A DNA stretch of 64,000 bases from NCBI RefSeq assembly GCF_039654945.1, contig NW_027362112.1:1736001-1800000 (forward strand), given 5' to 3'. Below are positions 45,601 through 56,700 of the stretch, in pieces. Origin of the DNA: Dendrobates tinctorius. Lineage: Eukaryota. Every line of letters begins with the position of its first letter. The stretch's first letter is position 1. Below the pieces are notes generated by a model. The model worked only from the letters and a program-made list of their open reading frames with translations. It was not told the origin of the DNA and searched no databases. The position numbers and the translations under genes were made by a program.

Positions 45601-48600
45601 ACAGGTGACAGCATCCACCGCCATCTGGGAATCCTCCACAGGAAGAGCCGTGAAACCTCGTCCACAGTCATCAAACAAGAAATCCCGACCCTGGAAGAAA
45701 AGGACGAGGTCTCCTCAGCCTCCGACCTCGGCCCCCCCAACCTCAGCCGCACATCCCCCCCCCCCCAACCTCAGCCGCACATCCCCACCCCCCAACCTCA
45801 GCCGCACATCCCCCCCCCAACCTCAGCCGCACATGGAAAGGACACCATTGTAGGCATTTACTACAGGCCGCCTGTGCAAGCTGAAGATATGGATGAACTC
45901 TTTATGCATCAAATGGCCAAGTTCTCCAAAAAATATGACATAGTTGTCATGGGAGATTTCAACTATCCAGACATTTGTTGGGAATCTCTCTCAGGCAAAA
46001 CTAACAGGTCAAGGAAATTCTTATCCTCTCTTGCTGACAACTTTATCTTCCAAAAGGTAAAGGAGAAAACAAGGGGAACTGCTACCTTGGATCTAATCCT
46101 TATAAACAGGGAGGAAATGGTTGAGGAGGTAAAAGTGGCTGGGACCCTAGGAGGTAGCGACCATGCTATTTTAGAATTTTGGATAACTAGAGGCGGAAGA
46201 CCTGTGAAGACTCAGATGTCAAGGTTAGATTTCAGAAAGGCAGATTTTAAGGGATTCAGAAAGAGAATTGGAGGGATCCAATGGCTGGATATCCTTAAAG
46301 ACAAAAATGTCCAGGAAGGATGGGAAATCTTGAAAAATGAAATTCTCAAAGCACAGTTGTTAACAATTCCGAAAAGAGGGAAGAATAGGAAGCATTTAAG
46401 GAAACCAGGATGGATGAACACAGAACTTAAGCACATGCTAAAAAGGAAGCAAAAAATGTTTATAAAATGGAAAGAAGGAGGCATATCTAAAGAAGAATAT
46501 AATGCTGTCTGCAGAACCTGCAAGGCACAAATCAGATTATCTAAAGCTGAAAATGAATTGAGGCTTGCAAGAGATGTCAAAAGCAATAATAAAGGATTTT
46601 GGGGATATGTCAAAAGTAAAAGAAAAGTCAAAGATGCTATAGGATTTTTACAGGATGAAAATGATGAAATGGTAAGACAGGATGTTGAGAAGGCTGAACT
46701 TTTAAATTCCTATTTTGCATCTGTTTTCTCTCAGAAAGGAAATGTAACATCAACTGTTATTCACTGTCCTATTAAGGGAATAGAAGAATCCAGGATATCT
46801 ATAAACAGAAAGATAGTGAGGAAACACTTAGCTAACCTAAATGTATTCAAGTCTCCAGGTCCAGATGAATTACACCCCAGAGTACTGAAGGAGATAGCAG
46901 AAGAAATTTTTGAACCCCTCTCCATAATCTTTGAAAATTCTTGGAGAACAGGAGAAGTGCCAGAAGACTGGAGAAGAGCAAATGTTGTTCCTATCTTCAA
47001 AAATGGGAAGAAGGTGGACCCAGGCAACTATAGGCCGGTGAGTCTGACTTCTATACCAGGAAAGATCTTTGAACAAATTATTAAACAACATGTATGTCAA
47101 TACCTGGATAAGAATGAAGTGATTAAACAGAGTCAGCATGGGTTTGTAACTAATAAGTCATGTCAGACTAATTTAATTTCCTTCTATGATGGTATTACTG
47201 ATTGGGTGGATCAAGGAAATGCTGTAGATATAGTATATCTTGACTTCAGCAAAGCATTTGACAAAGTCTCTCATACAATCCTTATTGAAAAAATGACTAA
47301 GTATGGAATGGACAAGGCAACTGTTAGGTGGATTCATAACTGGCTTAGTGATCGGACCCAAAGAGTGGTCGTAAATGGCTGCACATCCAGTTGGAAGAAT
47401 GTCTCAAGTGGGGTACCACAGGGCTCTGTCCTGGGCCCTGTATTGTTCAACATCTTTATCAACGATTTAGATGAAGGAATTGAGGGTAAACTGATTAAAT
47501 TTGCTGATGACACAAAGCTAGGAGGGATAGCTAATACTAGAGAAGAGAGAGAGAGGATTCAAAAAGATTTAAATAAACTGGAGAAGTGGGCAGCAACTAA
47601 CAGAATGGTTTTTAACAGGGAGAAATGCAAAGTACTACATCTGGGCAATAAAAATGAAAAAAGCATATATAGAATGGGAGGAATAGGGCTAAGTGACAGC
47701 ACATGTGAAAAAGACTTGGGTATACTAATAGATCACAGACTGAATATGAGTCAACAGTGTGATGCAGCAGCAAAAAAGGCAAATGCAATTCTAGGATGTA
47801 TTAACAGAAGCATACAGTCTAGATCACGTGAAGTCATTATTTCCCTCTACTCCTCTTTGGTCAGACCTCATCTGGAATACTGTGTCCAGTTTTGGGCACC
47901 ACATTTTAAAAAAGACATCAACAAACTGGAGCAAGTTCAGAAAAGAGCGACCAGAATGGTGACCGGTCTGCAAACCCTGTCTTATGAGGAAAGGTTGCAG
48001 GATTTGGGAATGTTTAGTTTGCAAAAGAGAAGACTGAGAGGAGACTTAATAGCTGCCTACAAATATCTAAAGGGCTGTCACATTGTAGAAGGATCAACTT
48101 TATTCTCATTTGCACAAGGAAAGACTAGAAGCAATGGGATGAAGCTGAATGGGAGGAGACACAGATTAGATATTAGAAAAAACTTTTTGACAGTTAGAGT
48201 GATCAATGAGTGGAACAGGCTGCCACGAGAAGTGGTGAGTTCTCCTTCAATGGAAGTCTTCAAACAGAGGCTGGACAGACATCTAAGGCCTGTTTCACAC
48301 TTCCGTTTTTTCAAATCCGTCAAAATCTGTTGGTTTCCGTAAAAAAACGGATCCGCCATTTTTTGCAGGATCCTTTTTTTGTCCTATAGACTTCCATTAG
48401 TGGTTACCGCGGATCCGTCAAAAAAACGGATCCGTTTTTTTAAAAACGGATCCGTTTGCATCAGTTTCCGTCAAAAAAACGGAAACGGATCCGTTTGGCG
48501 GACACAAAAACGGAAGTGTGAAACAGGCCTAACTGGGATGATTTAGCGAATCCTGCTTTGAGCAGGGGGTTGGACCAGATGGCCCAGGAGGTCCCTTCCA

Positions 48601-50822
48601 ACTCTACGATTCTATGATTCTATCCCCCCCCCCAACCTCAGCCGCACATCCCCCCCCCCCAACCTCAGCCGCACATCCCCCCCCCAACCTCAGCCGCACA
48701 TCCCCCCCCCAACCTCAGCCGCACATCCCCCCCCCCAACCTCAGCCGCACATCCCCCCCCCCAACCTCAGCCGCACATCCCCCCCCCAACCTCAGCCGCA
48801 CATCCCTCCCCCCAACCTCAGCCGCACATCCCCCCCCCCAACCTCAGCCGCACATCCCCCCCCCAACCTCAGCCGCACATCCCCCCCCCAACCTCAGCCG
48901 CACATCCCCCCCCCAACCTCAGCCGCACATCCCCCCCCCAACCTCAGCCGCACATCCCCCCCCCAACCTCAGCCGCACATCCCCCCCCAACCTCAGCCGC
49001 ACATTTCCCCCCCCAACCTCAGCCGCACATTCCCCCCCCCCAACCTCAGCCGCACATTCCCCCCCCCAACCTCAGCCGCACATTCCCCCCCAACCTCAGC
49101 CGCACCCCCCCCCCCAACCTCAGCCGCACCTCCCCCCCCCAACCTCAGCCGCACCTTCCCCCCCCAACCTCAGCCGCACCTTCCCCCCCCAACCTCAGCC
49201 GCACATTCCCCCCCCAACCTCAGCCGCACATTCCCCCCCCCAACCTCAGCCGCACATTCCCCCCCCCAACCTCAGCCGCACATTCCCCCCCCCCCCCCAA
49301 CCTCAGCCGCACATTCCCCCCCCCCCCACCACCACCACTCACCGTGTGCAGGATGAGCAGCCGCGCTCCCTGGAGGACATCAGAGGAAACCACCTGCAAG
49401 GAGGCAACATCATAAAGACCCTCGACGTATCCACACAGGATGACTTCACAACGCTCCACCTCACCGTGTATCCAGCCCGGGCACTCAGATGCTCTGCAGC
49501 CACAAGGAGGGCGTTCAGGGTGGCCCCGCCACTTCCCACGTGAGCCTGAGGGTCTTCCACAGTCAGGATAAGTGTGTCAGATGGAAGAATCCCCCGACGC
49601 TGCCGGATCTCTAGCTCTAGAATACCAGTAATGGATAACAGTCAGAGTGACAGACAGTAATATGTAACAGTGTTATACTCCAGAGCTGCGCTCACTATTC
49701 TGCTGGTGCAGTGACTACATTTTAGTCCTCTGCTCTTACACAATGTTCTGCATCTCTTCGGTTACTTAAAAGCGGTAAGCCCACGAACAAAAGTTAATTT
49801 TATTCACTAGATCTTGGAATATTAATAATTTCCACAATTGGATGATAAATAAAATGTTCCTGTGCCGAGATAATCTTATACTCTGCCCCTGCTGTACTGT
49901 GTAATGGTCGTGCCTGACCATACAGGAACATGGTGTGATCGTACCACAGCTCCTGGGCAGGGGGAGCAATAGAGCGCTGCCGTTCTATCACGGGGGTCAC
50001 AGCCGATTCTTATTTGAGATAAAACATTTCTTAATACCGGGCAGTGAGAGGTTTTATCTCTGTGACCCCCGCGATATAACGGCAGCTCTCTATTGCTCCC
50101 TCTGCCCAGGAGCTGTGGTACGATCACACCATGTTCCTGTATGGTCAGGCACGACCATTACACAGTACAGCAGGGGCAGAGTATAAGATTATCTCGGCAC
50201 AGGAACATTTTATTTATCATCCAATTGTGGAAATTATTAATATTCCAAGATCTATTAATTAAAATGAACTTTTTGTTTGTGGGAAATTCCCTTTAAAGGG
50301 AACCTGTCACCGTGAACCTGCAATCCAAACTGCAGGCTCCATGTTACAGAACAGGAGGAGCTGGGCAGAGGGAGAGATCATCTCATGACACCAGATTCAG
50401 AATAACCTGTGTTTAACCATTTAACTTCTGCTCTTTTTGGGATGTTTGCTCCAGTGGGCGGTCCCATCGGTGACTGACAGCTGTAGAAGTGTGCATGCAG
50501 AGATAGCTGTCAGTCAATGATGGGACCGCCCACCGGACCAAACGTCCCAGAAAGAGCAGAGGTTAAATGGTTAATCACAGGTTATACTGTATCTGGTCAC
50601 TCTAAGCTACATATTAATCCTCTCCACTCCATAACCTGCTGCCTGCGGAGTGGCCGGCATTATCAGGGTGACAGGTTATTATCATGGCAGTGATGAGCGA
50701 CGGCCGACTGAGGAGGAAGCTGCTATCGAGTATTGAGGGGTCTCACCTCTATGGAAAGCCTGGACGCTGTCCTTGTGCTGACAGGTGAGAACCAAGACCG
50801 TCCAATCCGTGTTCACATCCAT
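27613..50822 (-). CDS. FCSK: L-fucose kinase (23 coding exons, 1073 aa)
   Basis: Exons 50747-50822 ([22 protein letters not shown]), 49465-49616, 49343-49393, 45565-45690, 45387-45459, 45197-45294, 45040-45120, 35907-36026, 35676-35823, 35447-35568, 35226-35327, 33230-33400, 33078-33151, 32632-33002, 31583-31793, 31284-31450, 30956-31183, 30733-30876, 28970-29089, 28697-28884, 28516-28615, 27818-28041, 27613-27687 (TAA). Total 3222 nt, in frame. Motifs [23 protein letters not shown]-kinase [27 protein letters not shown]. Confidence 0.95.
28098..28483. mobile_element. PIF/Harbinger-type MITE
   Basis: TAA|GGCCAGGGTCACACT ... AGTGTGACCCCGGCC|TAA (3-bp TAA TSD). Confidence 0.8.
29372..30669 (+). 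mobile_element. Degenerate, internally deleted Tc1-like transposon
   Basis: TA|CACTACCGTTCAAAAGTTTAGGGTCAC ... GTGACCCCAAACTTTTGACTGGTAGTG|TA. Transposase remnants from ATG ~29773 ([26 protein letters not shown]) with stops and frameshifts. Confidence 0.88.
32173..32335. mobile_element. tRNA-derived SINE head (-) interrupted by an L2-type 3'-end fragment (+, ~32226-32321)
   Basis: Minus-strand B box GGTTCGAGTCC (32176-32186) and TAGCTCA-like A-box part near 32322-32328. They are separated by TGTAAAGCGCTGCG...GCGCTATATAAAAATAAAGATTATT, typical of L2/SINE tails. Confidence 0.5.
33497..35055. repeat. 36-bp GC-rich minisatellite GAGGACGGGACGAGGGGCGGCGAGWGTCCGCCACAM
   Basis: About 40 tandem units in an FCSK intron. 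Confidence 0.96.
38617..39690 (+). CDS. L1 ORF1p (coiled coil-RRM-CTD, Transposase_22-like)
   Basis: 357 aa; [38 protein letters not shown] motifs. Confidence 0.92.
   Translation: MGRSSVKTQKSMPKPTKSTTQTDMDDFLTKQTVPSDSLKPSKLRDLTSLGDSDSEPESDSDTGSTAREALVTRSFIKRILSKALEPIGQELAEIKHDLKLQGHRLETLENSQVAMTQSSNAVLDSLKVHEIQLHTIHTVLEDHENRERRNNIRVKGLSETVAVEALWKATQEIFKELLNESDPQEIELVRVHRALRPRPSQGETPRDVICRFLDYRAKDLVLRRAREAQEISYEGSQIKLFQDLSASTLRKRRILKPFTEALIKKGVRFRWLFPFGVHITNGEKGISARTSQDIKEACESLGIELEAYPDLESFHSATLLHPLPDDPAWQIALTPKSQRLKRKLTKTSLPKDSRDNT
40194..43997 (+). CDS. L1 ORF2p (APE endonuclease, reverse transcriptase, C-terminal Cys-rich domain)
   Basis: Uninterrupted ~1267 aa from ATG 40194. EN: NAHGLN, QETH, GGDLN, RLDY, SDH. 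RT: [40 protein letters not shown]. Cys motif CWRC...HMWWSC. Confidence 0.95.
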   Translation: MMDSDKVHTFISFNAHGLNSPNTRRHTLQLFKKQQAAVLLIQETHFKPDKLPSFESSIYDKWFHATTTQSGSRGVSIAVARGVPFQLRETMADPQGRYIFVKGLLNGALVTLCSLYAPNKKLLRWVLSTLKKIDGFREGALIVGGDLNVALEPLLDTTKQKSSLSPKDLYRIKSQLGSLQLIDTWRYLNPSDRDYTFYSHPHKSYHRLDYIFISSKMLANIQQAKIIPNIYSDHSSVLLKFSLSKAFPRHRVWRLNESVLGSTEVQTRINKVLSQYFEQNASPEISSQILWEAHKSVVRGELISITSFLNKLQQKEIQDLYDSISQLELTHKHKIDQHSLEKLQQKRQQLKDILNSRSAKLYATWKNRMYVHGDKASKLMLSQLRKRQSRTLINSIKNEQGFSSQAPEHMERAFLDYYKKLYNLRPEDNADSALKRSMDTRSFLSTLDLPVLSDSQKQYLTRPFSLGELQSALSKCPKGKAPGPDGFSALYYKSFSGLLLPHLLNVCNAVLQGHPLPNQMLTARISLIHKEGKDPEQCSSYRPISLLNVDLKILAGLMAKRMAKSLPNLISLNQTGFVGGREGRDNVHKVLHLLQYAKNRKLPLMLLGTDAEKAFDRVDWVYLREVLIKFEIPEAFIAAVMAMYDKPTAHIRINDFTTDAFTIKNGTRQGCPLSPLLFVLAMEPLLKAIQVHEGIEGIRINKTHYKIAAFADDLLVLMTNPLLGLPTLMALIDQYSKISNFKVNMSKSEALDIHISPNTLAKLKSTYPFTWPKQYIKYLGVKIGRSDRDLFQQNIPPLIASVETIMKSWRDSYVSWMGRKNLLKSLILPKFIYIFQMLPITIPKSYLFKINTLFRRYVWKKQKPRLAYRTLTLNKSRGGMGAPDIMRYYQATMLTRVVDLLRSPNNKQWIEVEEALAPYPLRSILLAYPCKNINKNLPNIHTKATLKLWKGLVKTLVPPLSPLLKLADIMPHASYSRDNDVIKPGSLANVAVDDLLADGALPSLQELKKQPGLSNLTFIQFGSIRDSLARYLLGADVTRPLTAFETLCATKDKPKKIMSSIYQILNITDCCLKRAYITHWEKDLGFKFTPNQISHIYNSSHGPSQCVRAQENSFKIVARWYITPQQNTYWRTGSSARCWRCCDSEGTYLHMWWSCPPLLQFWRLVEDYIGEIVGKKLTLTPEIVLLNFLSPTGHKNTALLTQHILSAAKLLIPMNWKSTTIPSISQLQEKVDMLYQVAKLAALVNGSLSAFERVWHPWTRFRSISRS
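45835..48622 (+). mobile_element. 5'-truncated CR1 LINE with uninterrupted ORF2 remnant
   Basis: [74 protein letters not shown]. The 3' end is CCCTTCCAACTCTACGATTCTATGATTCTAT, the CR1 (ATTCTRTG)n tail. Confidence 0.95.
48287..48529. mobile_element. PIF/Harbinger MITE inserted in the last codons of CR1 ORF2
   Basis: TAA|GGCCTGTTTCACACTTCCGTTTTT ... AAAAACGGAAGTGTGAAACAGGCC|TAA. Removing it restores ...LDRHLTGMI*. Internal ACGGATCCGT palindromes. Confidence 0.9.
49770..50292. mobile_element. Long-palindrome TTAA-flanked MITE (T2/Kolobok type)
   Basis: TTAA at 49766-49769 and 50293-50296. Near-perfect inverted arms of more than 200 bp. Confidence 0.8.
50297..50677. mobile_element. Second T2/Kolobok-type MITE abutting the first at the same TTAA
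   Basis: TTAA|AGGGAACCTGTCACC ... GGTGACAGGTT (right end decayed). Internal inverted repeat at ~50410-50570. Confidence 0.7.
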
Positions 50823-50856
50823 TCTGACCTCTGTCCACCTGAAGGGCAAAATGGAG

Positions 50857-52490
50857 GTCTGTTACACCCCCTATACTTATACCGCGGGGTCTGTTACACC
50901 CCCTATACTTATACCGCGGGGTCTGTTACACCCCCCCTATACTTATACCGCGGGGTCTGTTACACCCCCCTGTACTTATACCGCGGGGTCTGTTACACCC
51001 CCCTGTACTTATACCGCGGGGTCTGTTACACCCCCCTGTACTTATACCGCGGGGTCTGTTACACCCCCCTGTACTTATACCGCGGGGTCTGTTACACCCC
51101 CCTGTACTTATACCGCGGGGTCTGTTACACCCCCCTGTACTTATACCGCGGGGTCTGTTACACCCCCCTGTACTTATACCGCGGGGTCTGTTACACCCCC
51201 TATACTTATACCGCGGGGTCTGTTACACCCCCCTATACTTATACCGCGGGGTCTGTTACACCCCCTATACTTATACCGCGGGGTCTGTTACACCCCCCTA
51301 TACTTATACCGCGAGGTCTGTTACACCCCCCCTATACTTATACCGCGGGGTCTGTTACACCCCCCCTATACTTATACCGCGGGGTCTGTTACACCCCCCT
51401 GTACTTATACCGCGGGGTCTGTTACACCCCCCTGTACTTATACCGCGGGGTCTGTTACACCCCCCCTATACTTATACCGCGGGGTCTGTTACACCCCCCC
51501 TATACTTATACCGCGGGGTCTGTTACACCCCCCCTATACTTATACCGCGGGGTCTGTTACACCTCCCTATACTTATACCGCGGGGTCTGTTACACCCCCC
51601 TATACTTATACCGCGGGGTCTGTTACACCCCCCCTATACTTATACCGCGGGGTCTGTTACACCCCCTATACTTATACCGCGGGGTCTGTTACACCCCCCT
51701 ATACTTATACCGCGGGGTCTGTTACACCCCCCTATACTTATACCGCGGGGTCTGTTACACCCCCCTATACTTATACCGCGAGGTCTGTTACACCCCCCCT
51801 ATACTTATACCGCGGGGTCTGTTACACCCCCTATACTTATACCGCGGGGTCTGTTACACCCCCCTATACTTATACCGCGGGGTCTGTTACACCCCCCTAT
51901 ACTTATACCGCGGGGTCTGTTACACCCCCCTATACTTATACCGCGGGGTCTGTTACACCCCCCTATACTTATACCGCGGGGTCTGTTACACCCCCCTATA
52001 CTTATACCGCGGGGTCTGTTACACCCCCCCTATACTTATACCGCGGGGTCTGTTACACCCCCCTATACTTATACCGCGGGGTCTGTTACACCCCCCTATA
52101 CTTATACCGCGAGGTCTGTTACACCCCCCCTATACTTATACCGCGGGGTCTGTTACACCCCCCTATACTTATACCGCGGGGTCTGTTACACCCCCCTATA
52201 CTTATACCGCGAGGTCTGTTACACCCCCCCTATACTTATACCGCGGGGTCTGTTACACCCCCCCTATACTTATACCGCGAGGTCTGTTACACCCCCCTAT
52301 ACTTATACCGCGGGGTCTGTTACACCCCCCTATACTTATACCGCGGGGTCTGTTACACCCCCCTATACTTATACCGCGAGGTCTGTTACACCCCCCCTAT
52401 ACTTATACCGCGGGGTCTGTTACACCCCCCCTATACTTATACCGCGGGGTCTGTTACACCCCCCCTATACTTATACCGCGGGGTCTGTTC
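50857..52490. repeat. ~33-bp minisatellite (C)nTATACTTATACCGCGGGGTCTGTTACA filling FCSK intron 1
   Basis: About 50 tandem units between the exon-2 acceptor (50839) and the exon-1 donor (52515). Confidence 0.96.
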
Positions 52491-52515
52491 CCTCCTTTCG
52501 CTAGGATACATTTAC

Positions 52516-52590
52516 CTCACACCCGGACATCAGCTGACTGCACACAAAGATCACGTGATCCCGCGTAGACTTCTGGGAAGTGTAGTTTGC
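52516..52590 (-). promoter_or_regulatory. FCSK: Probable FCSK non-coding exon 1 and promoter
   Basis: Minus-strand donor GAG|GTAAAT at 52516/52515, palindromic E-box GATCACGTGATC (52549-52560), and ZNF143/THAP11-type AAACTACACTTCCCAGAAG on - (~52570-52588). Confidence 0.65.
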
Positions 52591-52694
52591 TAATATCACA
52601 TGCGTCGCTCATATATTGGATGGAGGTGCAGAGACCGGGAGCACCAGCAGGGGGAGACATTCAGCCGTTATAATGTTCAACAGCAACTGCAGGT

Positions 52695-53745
52695 GTGTAT
52701 CTAATCCTCTCCTGTGTGATACTGCTGAGCCGTGTATCTAATCCTCTCCTGTGTGATACTGACTGCTGAGCCGTGTATCTAATCCTCTCCTGTGTGATAC
52801 TGACTGCTGAGCCGTGTATCTAATCCTCTCCTGTGTGATACTGACTGCTGAGCCGTGTATCTAATCCTCTCCTGTGATACTGACTGCTGAGCTGTGTATC
52901 TAATCCTCTCCTGTGTGATACTGACTGCTGAGCCGTGTATCTAATCCTCTCCTGTGTGATACTGACTGCTGAGCCGTGTATCTAATCCTCTCCTGTGTGA
53001 TACTGACTGCTGAGCCGTGTATCTAATCCTCTCCTGTGTGATACTGACTGCTGAGCTGTGTATCTAATCCTCTCCTGTGTAATACTGACTGCTGAGCCGT
53101 GTATCTAATCCTCTTCTGTGTGATACTGACTGCTGAGCCGTGTATCTAATCCTATCCTGTGTGATACTGACTGCTGAGCCGTGTATCTAATCCTATCCTG
53201 TGTGATACTGACTGCTGAGCCGTGTATCTAATCCTCTCCTGTGTGATACTGACTGCTGAGCTGCTGTATCTAATCCTCTCCTGTGTGATACTGACTGCTG
53301 AGCCGTGTATCTAATCCTCTCCTGTGTGATACTGACTGCTGAGCCGTGTATCTAATCCTCTCCTGTGTGATACTGACTGCTGAGCCGTGTATCTAATCCT
53401 CTCCTGTGTGATACTGACTGCTGAGCCGTGTATCTAATCCTCTCCTGTGTGATACTGACTGCTGAGCCGTGTATCTAATCCTCTCCTGTGTGATACTGAC
53501 TGCTGAGCTGTGTATCTAATCCTCTCCTGTGTGATACTGACTGCTGAGCTGCTGTATCTAATCCTCTCCTGTGTGATACTGACTGCTGAGCTGCTGTATC
53601 TAATCCTCTCCTGTGTGATACTGACTGCTGAGCTGCTGTATCTAATCCTCTCCTGTGTGATACTGACTGCTGAGCCGTGTATCTAATCCTATCCTGTGTG
53701 ATACTGACTGCTGAGCTGTGTATCTAATCCTCTCCTGTGTGATCC
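52695..53745. repeat. 41-bp minisatellite GTGTATCTAATCCTCTCCTGTGTGATACTGACTGCTGAGCC
   Basis: About 25 tandem units. Confidence 0.96.
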
Positions 53746-53799
53746 TGTCTGTGTCTCTCATTAGTTGCTTGGGTCTGTGATTGATCTCCTGTCTGTATC

Positions 53800-56700
53800 G
53801 GATCTGCTCTTTGCTCGGTCGGGTGTAGATTGTCAGTGATCTGCTCTGTGCTCGGTCGGGTGTAGATCGTCAGTGATCTGCTCTGTGCTCGGTCGGGTGT
53901 AGATCGTCAGTGATCTGGTCGGTGCTCGGTCGGGTGTAGATCGTCAGTGATCTGGTCTGTGCTCGGTCGGGTGTAGATCGTCAGTGATCTGGTCTGTGCT
54001 CGGTCGGGTGTAGGTCGTCAGTGATCTGGTCGGTCGGGTGTAGATCGTCAGTGATCTGGTCGGTGCTCGGTCGGGTGTAGGTCGTCAGTGATCTGCTCTG
54101 TGCTCGGTCGGGTGTAGATCGTCAGTGATCTGCTCTGTGCTCGGTCGGGTGTAGATCGTCAGTGATCTGCTCTGTGCTCGGTCGGGTGTAGATCGTCAGT
54201 GATCTGGTCGGTGCTCGGTCGGGTGTAGATCGTCAGTGATCTGCTCTGTGCTCGGTCGGGTGTAGATCGTCAGTGATCTGCTCTGTGCTCGGTCGGGTGT
54301 AGATCGTCAGTGATCTGGTCGGTCGGGTGTAGATCGTCAGTGATCTGCTCTGTGCTCGGTCGGGTGTAGATCGTCAGTGATCTGGTCGGTGCTCGGTCGG
54401 GTGTAGATCGTCAGTGATCTGCTCTGTGCTCGGTCGGGTGTAGATCGTCAGTGATCTGCTCTGTGCTCGGTCGGGTGTAGATCGTCAGTGATCTGGTCGG
54501 TGCTCGGTCGGGTGTAGATCGTCAGTGATCTGGTCGGTGCTCGGTCGGGTGTAGATCGTCAGTGATCTGGTCGGTGCTCGGTCGGGTGTAGATCGTCAGT
54601 GATCTGCTCTGTGCTCGGTCGGGTGTAGATCGTCAGTGATCTGGTCGGTGCTCGGTCGGGTGTAGATCGTCAGTGATCTGGTCTGTGCTCGGTCGGGTGT
54701 AGATCGTCAGTGATGTGCTCGGTCGGGTGTAGATCGTCAGTGATCTGGTCGGTGCTCGGTCGGGTGTAGATCGTCAGTGATCTGCTCTGTGTTCGGTCGG
54801 GTGTAGATCGTCAGTGATCTGGTCGGTGCTCGGTCGGGTGTAGATCGTCAGTGATCTGGTCGGTGCTCGGTCGGGTGTAGATCGTCAGTGATCTGGTCGG
54901 TCGGGTGTAGATCGTCAGTGATCTGCTCTGTGCTCGGTCGGGTGTAGATCGTCAGTGATCTGGTCGGTGCTCGGTCGGGTGTAGATCGTCAGTGATCTGG
55001 TCGGTCGGGTGTAGATCGTCAGTGATCTGCTCTGTGCTCGGTCGGGTGTAGATCGTCAGTGATCTGGTCGGTGCTCGGTCGGGTGTAGATCGTCAGTGAT
55101 CTGCTCTGTGTTCGGTCGGGTGTAGATCGTCAGTGATCTGGTCGGTGCTCGGTTGGGTGTAGATCGTCAGTGATCTGGTCGGTGCTCGGTCGGGTGTAGA
55201 TCGTCAGTGATCTGGTCGGTGCTCGGTCGGGTGTAGATCGTCAGTGATCTGGTCGGTGCTCGGTTGGGTGTAGATCGTCAGTGATCTGGTCGGTGCTCGG
55301 TCAGGTGTAGATCGTCAGTGATCTGGTCGGTGCTCGGTCGGGTGTAGATCGTCAGTGATCTGCTCTGTGCTCGGTCGGGTGTAGATCGTCAGTGATCTGG
55401 TCGGGTGTAGATCGTCAGTGATCTGCTCTGTGTTCGGTCGGGTGTAGATCGTCAGTGATCTGGTCGGTGCTCGGTTGGGTGTAGATTGTCAGTGATCTGG
55501 TCGGTGCTCGGTCGGGTGTAGATCGTCAGTGATCTGCTCTGTGTTCGGTCGGGTGTAGATCGTCAGTGATCTGGTCGGTGCTCGGTCGGGTGTAGATCGT
55601 CAGTGATCTGGTCGGTGCTCGGTCGGGTGTAGATCGTCAGTGATCTGGTCTGTGCTCGGTCGGGTGTAGATCGTCAGTGATCTGGTCTGTGCTCGGTCGG
55701 GTGTAGGTCGTCAGTGATCTGGTCGGTCGGGTGTAGATCGTCAGTGATCTGGTCGGTGCTCGGTCGGGTGTAGGTCGTCAGTGATCTGCTCTGTGCTCGG
55801 TCGGGTGTAGATCGTCAGTGATCTGGTCGGTCGGGTGTAGATCGTCAGTGATCTGCTCTGTGCTCGGTCGGGTGTAGATCGTCAGTGATCTGGTCGGTGC
55901 TCGGTCGGGTGTAGATCGTCAGTGATCTGCTCTGTGCTCGGTCGGGTGTAGATCGTCAGTGATCTGCTGTGTTCGGTCGGGTGTAGATCGTCAGTGATCT
56001 GGTCGGTGCTCGGTCGGGTGTAGGTCGTCAGTGATCTGCTCTGTGCTCGGTCGGGTGTAGATCGTCAGTGATCTGGTCGGTCGGGTGTAGATCGTCAGTG
56101 ATCTGCTCTGTGCTCGGTCGGGTGTAGATCGTCAGTGATCTGGTCGGTGCTCGGTCGGGTGTAGATCGTCAGTGATCTGCTCTGTGCTCGGTCGGGTGTA
56201 GATCGTCAGTGATCTGCTGTGTTCGGTCGGGTGTAGATCGTCAGTGATCTGGTCGGTGCTCGGTCGGGTGTAGATCGTCAGTGATCTGGTCGGTGCTCGG
56301 TCGGGTGTAGATCGTCAGTGATCTGGTCGGTGCTCGGTCGGGTGTAGATCGTCAGTGATCTGGTCGGTGCTCGGTCGGGTGTAGATCGTCAGTGATCTGC
56401 TCTGTGCTCGGTCGGGTGTAGATCGTCAGTGATCTGGTCGGTGCTCGGTCGGGTGTAGATCGTCAGTGATCTGCTCTGTGTTCGGTCGGGTGTAGATCGT
56501 CAGTGATGTGCTCGGTCGGGTGTAGATCGTCAGTGATCTGGTCGGTGCTCGGTCGGGTGTAGATCGTCAGTGATCTGGTCGGTCGGGTGTAGATCGTCAG
56601 TGATCTGCTCTGTGCTCGGTCGGGTGTAGATCGTCAGTGATCTGGTCGGTGCTCGGTCGGGTGTAGATCGTCAGTGATCTGCTCTGTGTTCGGTCGGGTG

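Larger units (their letters stand above)
45733..49330. repeat. C-rich minisatellite (C)nAACCTCAGCCGCACAT, split by the CR1 (segments 45733-45834 and 48623-49330)
   Basis: The same unit occurs on both sides of the CR1 insertion. Confidence 0.93.

Noticed and set aside
45322-48342. 1006-aa ORF as a domesticated or chimeric RT gene
   Set aside because: The N-terminus is antisense FCSK exon and minisatellite sequence, the body is a 5'-truncated CR1 ORF2, and the C-terminus is MITE-derived. It is a chance in-frame fusion.
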